Source: Candidatus Deferrimicrobiaceae bacterium (GTDB lineage: Bacteria; Methylomirabilota; Methylomirabilia; Rokubacteriales; CSP1-6). Taken from it: 64,000 bases of DNA. This document shows, piece by piece, positions 52,230 through 60,939 of this stretch; positions within the stretch are counted from its first letter, which is position 1; each line of letters starts with the position of its first letter. The stretch is from contig DATHSW010000395.1 in the NCBI GenBank assembly GCA_035463855.1, positions 121-64,120 on the forward strand. Reading direction: 5' to 3'. The position numbers and the translations under genes were made by a program. Below the pieces are notes generated by a model. The model searched no databases, had not been told where the DNA came from, and saw only the letters and a program-made list of their open reading frames with translations.

Positions 52230-53252
52230 GTGAGACGCAGGCCGGTAGTCCTGGTGACCGGCGCGGGGGGTGAGGTCGGGCATGGCCTCATCCATCAGCT
52301 CGCGGAGCTCGGCGTCTACGATGTGCTGGCCCTCGACGTCCGGGCCGTGGATGACGAGGTCGCCCGGCGGTGCGCGGCCACGCGGGTCGGGGACATCCTC
52401 GACCGTCACCTGCTGGACCGGCTGCGGAGCGAGTTCGAGATCTCGGTCGTCTTCCATCTGGCCGCGCTCCTGTCCACCCGGGCGGAGTTCGTCCCGGAGA
52501 CGGCCCACGAGGTCAACGTGCAGGGCACGCTCAACCTCCTCCGCCTGGCCGTCGAGGAAGCCCGCTCGCTCGGCCATCCGGTCAGGTTCCTCTTCCCGAG
52601 CTCCGTCGCGGTCTACGGGCTGCCGGACCTCGAGACCAAGCGCGCGGCCGGCCGGGTGGCCGAGGCCGCGTGGCTCGCGCCCATCACGATGTACGGCTGC
52701 AACAAGCTCTACTGTGAGCACCTCGGCCGCTACTTCGCGCGTCACTACCGGCAGCTGGCGGCGGGAGAGCCGAGCGGGGTCGACTTCCGGGCGATCCGCC
52801 TGCCCGGGCTGATCTCGGCCTTCACGGTGCCGAGTGGCGGCACCAGCGACTACGCGCCGGAGATGATCCACGCCGTCGCCCAGCGGCACCCGTACGCCTG
52901 CTTCGTCCGGGAGGACACGCGCATCCCGCTCATGGCCATGCCCGACGCGGTCACGGCGCTGCTGGCGCTGCTGGAGGCTCCGGCCGGATCGTTGACCAGC
53001 GCGGTCTACAACGTCGCCGCCTTCAGCCCCAGCGCCGGCGAGCTGGCCGATCTCGTGCGGCGCGCGTTCCCGGACGCCCGGATCTCGTTCGAGCCCGACC
53101 GGCGCCGACAGGCCATCGTCGACTCGTGGCCCGAGGACGTCGACGACACCCCGGCGCGACGCGACTGGGGTTTCCGGCCGGCCTACGATCTGAGGCGCAC
53201 GTTCGAGGAATACCTCGTGCCGAACATCACGCGGCGCTACGCCCCGCGCTGA
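52230..53252 (+). CDS. tdh: NAD-dependent epimerase/dehydratase-fold L-threonine 3-dehydrogenase (SDR type)
   Basis: GTG start. Rossmann motif VTGAGGEVGHGL and catalytic motif YGCNKLYCE. It lies directly upstream of kbl, as in tdh-kbl operons. Confidence 0.7.
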   Translation: MRRRPVVLVTGAGGEVGHGLIHQLAELGVYDVLALDVRAVDDEVARRCAATRVGDILDRHLLDRLRSEFEISVVFHLAALLSTRAEFVPETAHEVNVQGTLNLLRLAVEEARSLGHPVRFLFPSSVAVYGLPDLETKRAAGRVAEAAWLAPITMYGCNKLYCEHLGRYFARHYRQLAAGEPSGVDFRAIRLPGLISAFTVPSGGTSDYAPEMIHAVAQRHPYACFVREDTRIPLMAMPDAVTALLALLEAPAGSLTSAVYNVAAFSPSAGELADLVRRAFPDARISFEPDRRRQAIVDSWPEDVDDTPARRDWGFRPAYDLRRTFEEYLVPNITRRYAPR

Positions 53253-53266
53253 CCAGGAGATGACTC

Positions 53267-54451
<1,185 letters not shown>

Positions 54452-54478
54452 GCGCCGGGGACGGCGCCCGGAGCGGCG

Positions 54479-54925
54479 CTATCGCCCCCGGACCGTGAGC
54501 ACCGGGCAGGGCGCCGTGGCCAGGACGCGCGCCGCCACGCTGCCCAGGAAGAAGCGCGGCAATCCGGTGCGACCGTGCGTCCCCAGCACGAGCACGTCCG
54601 CGCGCTTCGACCTGGCCGCCCGGACGATGACCTCATACGGGCTTCCGGCCATGATCAGGCTCGCGGCGCGGACACCCGCCCGCCTGGCCTTCGTCACCAG
54701 GGTCCGGAGCTGCTTCTGGGCCGCCGCGCGCGAGGCCGCCTCGATCCGGTCCCAGGTCTGCGGCGGGATATACTCGCCGCCCAGGGTCGGAGGAGGGAGC
54801 GTCACGGCGTGCATCAGCAGGAGCGTCGCGCGATTGGCCTTGGCCAGCTCCACCGCGCGCGCGAACGCGGCGCGTGAGGCCGAGGAGAAATCGGACGCCA
54901 TCATCACCTTCCGGATCTTCGCCAT
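54479..54925 (-). CDS. universal stress protein (UspA family)
   Basis: MAKIRKVMMASDFS ... GTHGRTGLPRFFLGSVAARV. Confidence 0.85.
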   Translation of the reverse strand: MAKIRKVMMASDFSSASRAAFARAVELAKANRATLLLMHAVTLPPPTLGGEYIPPQTWDRIEAASRAAAQKQLRTLVTKARRAGVRAASLIMAGSPYEVIVRAARSKRADVLVLGTHGRTGLPRFFLGSVAARVLATAPCPVLTVRGR

Positions 54926-54988
54926 GGTCGGGCCTCCTCAGCGCATTGGAGTCGCGGGCTGGTCATGGCCAGCTGCCATCGCCGAGGC

Positions 54989-55507
54989 ATGACCACTCTC
55001 GCCACCGCTCTCTGCCGCGTGGTCCAGCTCCTCTATTTCATGGCGCCGGCCTACGCCGCCAACATGGCCCCCCCGTTTGTCCGGTACTGGAGAGGGTGGA
55101 ACCGGCCGATCAGTCGACGGTGGCTCGGCACGCACAAGACCGTCGTGGGCTTCGGGCTCGGCGTCGTGGTGGCGGTCATGGCGACCTTCATCCAGTCCCG
55201 CATCGGCTGGGACGGAGCGCTCGTCGCCTACGAGCACTGGGCGACGCTCGGACTCCGCTTCGGCGTCGGCGCCATGGCCGGCGACGTCGCGAAGAGCTTC
55301 GTGAAGCGCCGCGCGGGGATCGCCCCGGGCGACCCCTGGATCCCGTGGGACCAGATCGACTTCGTGCTGGGCGCGCTCACGCTCGTCTGGGGCGCCGCGG
55401 CGCTGTCGTGGGCCGATCTGGTGATCATCCTCCTGCTCAGCGTGGTCGGGCACGTGCTCGTCAATCGTCTCGGCTACTGGCTCGGGATTCGGGATGTGAA
55501 GGGGTAG
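54989..55507 (+). CDS. CDP-archaeol synthase-like (DUF46/CarS family) membrane protein
   Basis: YFMAPAYAANMAPPF, GTHKTVVG, GDVAKSFVKRRAGI, WDQIDFVLG. An alternative ATG lies at 54965. Confidence 0.55.
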   Translation: MTTLATALCRVVQLLYFMAPAYAANMAPPFVRYWRGWNRPISRRWLGTHKTVVGFGLGVVVAVMATFIQSRIGWDGALVAYEHWATLGLRFGVGAMAGDVAKSFVKRRAGIAPGDPWIPWDQIDFVLGALTLVWGAAALSWADLVIILLLSVVGHVLVNRLGYWLGIRDVKG

Positions 55508-55525
55508 CCGCCGTCCTTCCGCGGC

Positions 55526-55972
55526 TCACCGGCAGACCAGGACCGGGATCTTGCTGTGACTGAGCACCTTGTAGGTCTCGCTGCCGAGCACGAACCCGGA
55601 TATCCCCTTGCGCCCGTGCGAGGCCATGAAGATGAGATCGCAGCCCTTCTGGGTTGCGGTGTCGATGATGGCCTCGTACACATGATCCCGTGTCACGTGC
55701 ATCGTCTCGCAGGGGACGCCGGCGAGCCCCGCCTCGACCCTCGCCACCGCGAGATACTTCTCGGCCCGTGCCTCGGAATCCTTCGCGTACTGCTCCGGCG
55801 ATGGGGTGTAGCTCACCATGATCGGATCGACCTCGAAGACGTGGAAAGACGGCGAGACCGCGAGCGCGGTCACCTTGGCGCCGATCGCCCTGGCGAACGT
55901 GACCGCCTGCCGGATCGCCATCTCGGAGAGTGCGGAGCCATCCGTGGGGACCAGAATGTGCTTGTACATCAT
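55526..55972 (-). CDS. universal stress protein (UspA family)
   Basis: M(M)YKHILVPTDGSALSE ... ASHGRKGISGFVLGSETYKV. The start overlaps the pcm stop. Confidence 0.85.
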   Translation of the reverse strand: MMYKHILVPTDGSALSEMAIRQAVTFARAIGAKVTALAVSPSFHVFEVDPIMVSYTPSPEQYAKDSEARAEKYLAVARVEAGLAGVPCETMHVTRDHVYEAIIDTATQKGCDLIFMASHGRKGISGFVLGSETYKVLSHSKIPVLVCR

Positions 55973-56625
55973 CCCTGTCCTTCCTCGGTCCACCCCTCGG
56001 CCCCGATCAGGGGGACGAACGCCACCTCTTCGAGATCCTCGTACTCGTACTCGTGCACGTCGGCCCGGGTCACCCGCCCCAGCCGCTGGTGGCGCCCGAC
56101 CGGGCCCACCGGCATGACCAGCCGGCCCCCCAGCGCGAGCTGGCTCAGCAGCGCCTTCGGCACTCGCGGGCCCCCCGCCGTCACCACGATCGCGTCGTAC
56201 GGTGCGTGCTCCGGCCACCCCAGCGTCCCGTCCCCCGCCAGCACGTGGACGTTGCCGTACCCCAGCTCGGCCAGCCGGGCGCGGGCCGTCTCGGCCAGCT
56301 CCCCGACCCGCTCGACCGTGTATACCTCGGCCGAGATCCGCGACGGGACGGCCGCCCCATACCCCGAGCCGGTCCCGATCTCGAGCGCCCGGGCCCCCGG
56401 TTTGAGCCGGGCGGCCGCCGTCATGACCGCCACGATGTACGGTGGCGAGATGGTCTGGCCATGTCCGATCGGCAGCGGGCCGTCGTCGTAGGCGAACCGC
56501 GCCAGCGCCGCCGGGACGAACCGCTCCCGCGGAACCTCCCGCATGGCCTCCAGCACGAGCGGATCGGTGATGCCCCGCGCCTCGATCTGCGCGACGACCA
56601 TGCGCTCTCGGTCGTCGTGCGGCAT
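55969..56625 (-). CDS. pcm: protein-L-isoaspartate O-methyltransferase (second copy)
   Basis: MPHDDRERMVVAQIEARGITDP, GQTISPPYIVAVM, LEIGTGSGYGAAV, PYDAIVVTAGG. Confidence 0.9.
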   Translation of the reverse strand: MPHDDRERMVVAQIEARGITDPLVLEAMREVPRERFVPAALARFAYDDGPLPIGHGQTISPPYIVAVMTAAARLKPGARALEIGTGSGYGAAVPSRISAEVYTVERVGELAETARARLAELGYGNVHVLAGDGTLGWPEHAPYDAIVVTAGGPRVPKALLSQLALGGRLVMPVGPVGRHQRLGRVTRADVHEYEYEDLEEVAFVPLIGAEGWTEEGQG

Positions 56626-56657
56626 CGGAGCATCACCCCCCACCCGGCGGGTTCCCC

Positions 56658-57101
56658 CTACTCGGCCTTGATCGGGATCGTCGTGCCCTTCGCCGCCGGC
56701 GTCTTGGGCAGCGTTACCGTCAGCAGGCCATTCTTGAACGTTGCGGCGACCTTGCTGCCATCCACCGCCACCGGGAGCCGCACGCTCCGGGTGAAGGCGC
56801 CGTACGACCGCTCCACCCGGTGATACCGCTCATCCTTCTCTTCCTTCTCCTGCCTCTTTTCTCCCTTGATCGTCAGCAGGCTCTCCTGCAGCGAGATCTG
56901 GATGTCCTTCTGGTCCATCCCCGGGACCTCGAGCTTCACGACCAGGCTGTCCTTCGTCTCCGAGATGTCCATGCTCGGAGACCACTCGCCCAGCGCGGCC
57001 GGGAACTCGTCCCACTTGAGCTCGGCGAGGCGATCGAACCAGCGATCGAGATCGCTCTTCATGCTTCCCAACCCCGTCCACGGCATCAGTCCACGCGCCA
57101 T
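56658..57101 (-). CDS. Hsp20/alpha-crystallin small heat-shock protein (second copy)
   Basis: 147 aa, highly similar to 23669-24109 at both protein and DNA level. Confidence 0.9.
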   Translation of the reverse strand: MARGLMPWTGLGSMKSDLDRWFDRLAELKWDEFPAALGEWSPSMDISETKDSLVVKLEVPGMDQKDIQISLQESLLTIKGEKRQEKEEKDERYHRVERSYGAFTRSVRLPVAVDGSKVAATFKNGLLTVTLPKTPAAKGTTIPIKAE

Positions 57102-57154
57102 GACTGCTCCTCCTTCTGATGAGAGTGTTTCGGTGAACCCCAGGCCACTGCGAC

Positions 57155-57170
57155 TGCATCACCAGTGCCA
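57155..57170 (-). promoter_or_regulatory. sigma-54 type -24/-12 promoter for the hsp20-pcm-USP operon
   Basis: Minus strand reads TGGCAC-TGGTG-ATGCA, the same 16-mer as at 4595-4610. Confidence 0.65.
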
Positions 57171-57257
57171 GCCGGGAGCTCCATGGATTCAAGAGCTTGC
57201 CATCGCCCGGCGGACGACCGCCGGGGCGCTCTCGCCCCCATGTGGCCGCGGCGCCCC
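57155..57257 (-). repeat. 103-bp conserved promoter module, copy 3 of 3
   Basis: Gap-free alignment with 4595-4697. It overlaps the 3' tail of the Cys-rich ORF. Confidence 0.7.
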
Positions 57258-57404
57258 AGCGCTCGTGAGCCCATCGTTCGACGCGGCGCGATGGCGCGGG
57301 AGGCGAATCTCCGGTTTGAAGTGTCTGCAGCGGCAGCCCGCGGCACGGCATTCGCCCGTCGGGTCGTGCTCCCGTTCCGAATGCCCACAGATGCACATGT
57401 CCAT
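57189..57404 (-). CDS. small Cys/His-rich protein, copy 2 (71 aa; conserved part is the first ~30 aa)
   Basis: MDMCICGHSEREHDPTGECRAAGCRCRHFKP.... The tail diverges from copy 1 and runs into the promoter module. Confidence 0.5.
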   Translation of the reverse strand: MDMCICGHSEREHDPTGECRAAGCRCRHFKPEIRLPRHRAASNDGLTSAGAPRPHGGESAPAVVRRAMASS

Positions 57405-57458
57405 GCCGGCGATCTCCTTCCCGTGACGCGACGTCCCGCGCCCGGTCACGGGGTGACC

Positions 57459-57474
57459 TGCAGCGGATGGGCCA
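57459..57474 (-). promoter_or_regulatory. weak candidate sigma-54 promoter for Cys-rich ORF copy 2
   Basis: Minus strand reads TGGCCC-ATCCG-CTGCA. The GG/GC spacing is correct but both boxes are degenerate. Confidence 0.3.
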
Positions 57475-57530
57475 TGACCCGGGCTCCCGTCATCGCCGAC
57501 GCCTGACCGCAGCCGGCGTGGCCTCGCCGC

Positions 57531-57863
57531 TCACCGGCCCGGCCGCCGCTCGGCGATCCGGTCCTGCAGCAGGCGCTTGGCCTTCAGGAGCTCGGCCCGC
57601 TGTCGGCGGCTGAGCTGGCGGCCGGCGCGGTTGATGTAGAAGAGGAGCATCCGGAGGCCGGAGGTCGGCCCCTTCGGGCTCACGCGCTTCGAGGCCAGCG
57701 CCCGCGCGATGGTGCGCGCGTCTCGGGTGAAGAGGCCGGCGGGCGGAGCCGTGGATACGGTGGTCACGGTGCGGACCCAGTAGCGCGTGGGCCGCCGCCC
57801 GCGCTGCGGCGGCCGGCGGCCGGGGGTCCGGCGGTGTCCCGCCCGGCTCGCCATCGCGGCCAT
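57531..57863 (-). CDS. DUF3175-like protein
   Basis: GLFTRDARTIARALASKRVSPKGPTSGLRMLLFYINRAGRQLSRRQRAELLKAKRLL. Start uncertain (57863, 57854 or 57896). Confidence 0.6.
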   Translation of the reverse strand: MAAMASRAGHRRTPGRRPPQRGRRPTRYWVRTVTTVSTAPPAGLFTRDARTIARALASKRVSPKGPTSGLRMLLFYINRAGRQLSRRQRAELLKAKRLLQDRIAERRPGR

Positions 57864-57868
57864 CCCAG

Positions 57869-58318
57869 CTATTTCCCGGTGCGCGCCCTGATGCATTCGC
57901 CAACCAGCAGGGCCGCTGGATAGAGGATCTGCTCCTCGCTGAGGGCATGGAGCCTGAGCGCCTCCGCGAAGCGGGCGGCCTCCGGCTTCTTCTCCTGCTT
58001 CGCCGCGGCGGCCAGCCGGCGCAGCGCCCCGACGACCATCTTGTGCTCCGCCAGCATCTGCGGCAGCTCGGCCCGCAGCTTGTCGGTCAACGGGAGCACG
58101 TCCCTCATCTCGGGCGTCACGCGCCCCCCGGCGATCTCGGCGAGGAGCCCGAGCGGTGGCAGCGCGAATTCCTCCTCCTTGACGAAATGCGGATGGAGCA
58201 GGGTGGCGACGGTCCGCGCGACTTCACCGACCTTGCCGCGCCGAAGCGTCAGCTTGACCAGCTCCGCATGGAGCACCTCGTGCTCCGCCACCAGCGCCTG
58301 GGGGATCTTCGGAATCAT
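57869..58318 (-). CDS. hemerythrin-like (HHE cation-binding) domain protein
   Basis: 149 aa with repeated H...E and H..(EE) spacing: AEHEVLH, HPHFVKEEEFALP, AEHKMV, HALSEEQILYP. Confidence 0.6.
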   Translation of the reverse strand: MIPKIPQALVAEHEVLHAELVKLTLRRGKVGEVARTVATLLHPHFVKEEEFALPPLGLLAEIAGGRVTPEMRDVLPLTDKLRAELPQMLAEHKMVVGALRRLAAAAKQEKKPEAARFAEALRLHALSEEQILYPAALLVGECIRARTGK

Positions 58319-58352
58319 GCACGCGCCTCCGCCGCGGCCCGAGCCGGCGTCG

Positions 58353-58829
58353 TCATTTCACCGCCGCCCGGGCGACACGCCTGGCCACCTGGGCTTCCGT
58401 GGCCCGCATCAGGAACACGGGCATGTCGACATGGCGGAGCACGGCCTGGGCGACGGACCCGAACACGAGCCGGCCCAGACCGCCGCGGCCGTGGGTGGAC
58501 ATCGCGATGAGGTCGGCACCCGTCTCGCGGGCGGCCGCCACGATCTCCTCGGCCGGATTGCCCCGGCGCACCCGGCTCTCCACCTTCACGCCCTTGTTTC
58601 GCAGCTCCACCGCGATCGGCGCCAGGTACTCCTCGGCATCCGTGCGCCGCGCCTCGATGTCCTCCACCTCGACGTGCCGCGAGCCCTCGATCACCATGGG
58701 CGCGAGCGGCTCGACAACCCGGAGCAGGTCCACCTCCATGTCGAGCGGGCCGGCGATGTCGAGGATGAACGGAATGATGGCTTCGGCCACCGGCGAGCCG
58801 TCGAGCGGTACCAGCGCGCGCTTATACAT
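58353..58829 (-). CDS. universal stress protein (UspA family)
   Basis: MYKRALVPLDGSPVAE ... STHGRGGLGRLVFGSVAQAV. Confidence 0.85.
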   Translation of the reverse strand: MYKRALVPLDGSPVAEAIIPFILDIAGPLDMEVDLLRVVEPLAPMVIEGSRHVEVEDIEARRTDAEEYLAPIAVELRNKGVKVESRVRRGNPAEEIVAAARETGADLIAMSTHGRGGLGRLVFGSVAQAVLRHVDMPVFLMRATEAQVARRVARAAVK

Positions 58830-59313
58830 TGGACCTCTCCTTGGCGGGTCGGGCCTGGCCCGTTCCCTCAGGTGCCTCGATGGGCGCCTCGGGGGCCCGT
58901 AGCAGCAGGATCGGCGTGGTCGTTCCGCGCAGCACCGACTCGGCCACGCTGCCCAGAATCAGCCGGCCCAGCCCGCCGCGCCCATGTGTGGTCATCACGA
59001 TGAGGTCGGCCTTGCGCGCCCGCGCCGCGTCCACGATGGCGGCGGCCGCGGGCCCGTACCATACGCTGGTCTCCACCTTGGAGAGGCCTTGCTGCTTGAG
59101 GCGTTCCGCCACACCGGCCAGATACGTCTCGGCCTCCCGGACCACCGCGACCTGGGCATCGGTGGGATCCGCTCCAGGGAACGTGTGCGCCTCCGCGGCG
59201 CGCACCAGCACGAGGCTGGCCACCCCGGGATGGGCCATCCCCACCGCCGTGGTGATCGCAGATTCGGCGAGCGTGGACCCGTCGAGCGGAACCAGGATCT
59301 TGTCGATCTTCAT
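58822..59313 (-). CDS. universal stress protein (UspA family)
   Basis: MKIDKILVPLDGSTLAE ... TTHGRGGLGRLILGSVAESV. Overlaps the downstream USP by 8 nt. Confidence 0.85.
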   Translation of the reverse strand: MKIDKILVPLDGSTLAESAITTAVGMAHPGVASLVLVRAAEAHTFPGADPTDAQVAVVREAETYLAGVAERLKQQGLSKVETSVWYGPAAAAIVDAARARKADLIVMTTHGRGGLGRLILGSVAESVLRGTTTPILLLRAPEAPIEAPEGTGQARPAKERSNV

Positions 59314-59355
59314 AGCCGGCTATCTCCCTGTCTCCGCCCCCCGTGAGCTCGACCG

Positions 59356-59916
59356 TCAGGCTTCGGCGCCCCAGCGGCCGGGCTGGGAGATCACGCCCTC
59401 GTCCAGCATCTGGATCACCGCCTTCAGGACGTCGCCGACCGCGAGCATACCGATCACGCGGTCGTGCTCCACGACCGGTAAGGCCCCGACCTTGTTGGCG
59501 TGGATCACGCCGGCCGCCTCGCGGAGCAGGGTCTCCGGTTTCACGCTGATCGTCCCCCAGGTCATCACGTCCTTGACGGTCTGGCTCCTGAGCACGCGAT
59601 CCAGGTCCTCGAACGCGTCGCGGAGGGCGGGCTCGAGAACGACGGAGCGGAGGTCGCGGTCGCTCACCATGCCGACGAGACGCCCCTTGTCGTCGACCAC
59701 CGGCGCGTGACGGATGTTCCGAGCCCGCATGGCCTTCACGGCGGCGCCCACCGTCATCGCCTGGCGGAACGTCACCGCCGGGCGCGCCATGACGTCGCGG
59801 ACCCGCACCACACCCTCCGGCCAGGCAGACTCCTCGAGCTCGCGCCGCGCGCCGGCCGGGCGCTTTGGATTCCGAGTCCTGATGTCCCGGGTGATCGCTC
59901 GCTTCGGGTGTTTCAT
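59356..59916 (-). CDS. CBS-pair domain protein with a basic N-terminal extension (paralog of 35599-36159)
   Basis: MKHPKRAITRDIRTRNPKRPAGARRELEESAWPEG... followed by two CBS motifs. Ribosome-binding site AGGAGGG. Confidence 0.85.
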   Translation of the reverse strand: MKHPKRAITRDIRTRNPKRPAGARRELEESAWPEGVVRVRDVMARPAVTFRQAMTVGAAVKAMRARNIRHAPVVDDKGRLVGMVSDRDLRSVVLEPALRDAFEDLDRVLRSQTVKDVMTWGTISVKPETLLREAAGVIHANKVGALPVVEHDRVIGMLAVGDVLKAVIQMLDEGVISQPGRWGAEA

Positions 59917-59931
59917 GAGATCCCTCCTGTT

Positions 59932-59947
59932 TGCATCCCCCCTGCCA
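59932..59947 (-). promoter_or_regulatory. sigma-54 type -24/-12 promoter for the CBS-USP-USP-hemerythrin-DUF3175 operon
   Basis: Minus strand reads TGGCAG-GGGGG-ATGCA, about 16 nt upstream of ATG 59916. Confidence 0.55.
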
Positions 59948-60022
59948 ATCGTCGGCGGCCGCGACCCCTTTTGAAACCCGACATTGTCCGCCATGCGGCC
60001 GGGCACCGCTGAGGCTCCTCCT

Positions 60023-60034
60023 CCCCAGCTGAGG
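60023..60034. promoter_or_regulatory. near-palindrome CCCCAGCTGAGG, candidate activator (UAS) site
   Basis: Centred about 83 bp upstream of the GG of the promoter at 59932. It is the counterpart of CCTCAGCTGAGG at 36280. Confidence 0.3.
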
Positions 60035-60055
60035 CGAACACTCCCCATGCCCCGG

Positions 60056-60889
60056 TCACCTCCGGCGATATATCCCGGACTTCGCGGACCAGACCTCGAC
60101 CCCGGGGACACCATCCGGCAGCGACTCGCCCCTGCCGATCACCAGCGCGCCCCCGGGCGCCAGACGCTCGACGATCGTTCGCAGGGCGTTGCGCTGCCCG
60201 GCCTCATCGAAGTACGTGAATGCCACGTTCCGGCAGAGAATCAGATCAAACGGCCCCGGTGGGGCCGCCTGGCGTACGTCCTGCTCCACGAACGTCACGC
60301 CGTCCCGGTACGCCTCCCCTACGCACCACTCCTGAGCGGTCGGGACGAAGGCTCGCTCGAGATAGGCCGGCGGCAGGTCCTTGAGGCTGCTCCACGCGTA
60401 GCAGCCGCGGCGCGCGCGCGCGAGATTCCCGGGGTCGACGTCGGTGGCCAGGACGCGTAGACGGAGGTCGGGCAGGCGGAGGCCGGGCCCCAGACGCCAG
60501 ACGATGGCGAGCGAATAGGGCTCCTCCCCGGACGCGCAACCGATGCTCCAGCAGCCGAGCTCGGTCGCGCCTCGGGCCAGCGCCAGTGCTCCCAGCTCCG
60601 GCAGGACTTCCTCCTCCAGGTACTGGAAGACGCCGCGATCCCGGTAGAAGCGCGAGATGGGGATCCGGCAGAGCTCGTCGAGCATCGCCCATTCGCCGGC
60701 GTGGGTATCGAGATGGGCGCGATACGCGGAAAGGCCCGACAAGCCCAGCTCCTGCATCCGTCGGGTCATCCGCTTGTACACGCGTTTGCGAACCTTCCGG
60801 AAGCCCGGCCAGCGCAGCCCAAGCCGGGGGAGGCACCACTGGAGAAACTGGATGCCCTCGGAGTCCTGGACGGATGGGATGGGACTCAC
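60056..60889 (-). CDS. CheR-type protein-glutamate O-methyltransferase (orphan; no other che genes in the window)
   Basis: 277 aa with RIPISRFYRD, SAM-binding CWSIGCASGEEPYSLA and DLILCRNVAFTYF. Confidence 0.8.
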   Translation of the reverse strand: MSPIPSVQDSEGIQFLQWCLPRLGLRWPGFRKVRKRVYKRMTRRMQELGLSGLSAYRAHLDTHAGEWAMLDELCRIPISRFYRDRGVFQYLEEEVLPELGALALARGATELGCWSIGCASGEEPYSLAIVWRLGPGLRLPDLRLRVLATDVDPGNLARARRGCYAWSSLKDLPPAYLERAFVPTAQEWCVGEAYRDGVTFVEQDVRQAAPPGPFDLILCRNVAFTYFDEAGQRNALRTIVERLAPGGALVIGRGESLPDGVPGVEVWSAKSGIYRRR

Positions 60890-60909
60890 CCGCCGTCCAC
60901 GCGGACGTC

Positions 60910-60925
60910 AGGTACGCCGCTTGCA
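60910..60925 (+). promoter_or_regulatory. weak candidate sigma-54 promoter for capA
   Basis: AGGTAC-GCCGC-TTGCA. GG/GC spacing is correct but the -24 box is degenerate. The -12 GC lies 16 nt before ATG 60940. Confidence 0.25.
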
Positions 60926-60939
60926 CCGTCGTGTCGATC

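Noticed and set aside
54926-54988. Divergent gap between USP 54479-54925 and the CarS-like gene, checked for sigma-54 promoters (contains tggcagctggcc)
   Set aside because: A TGGCAG is present, but no TTGC/ATGC box lies at the correct spacing on either strand.
60405-60425. Short alternating CG run (gcgcgcgcgcgcg) inside the CheR gene
   Set aside because: It is a coding low-complexity stretch in a GC-rich gene. It is too short to propose as a Z-DNA or slippage element.
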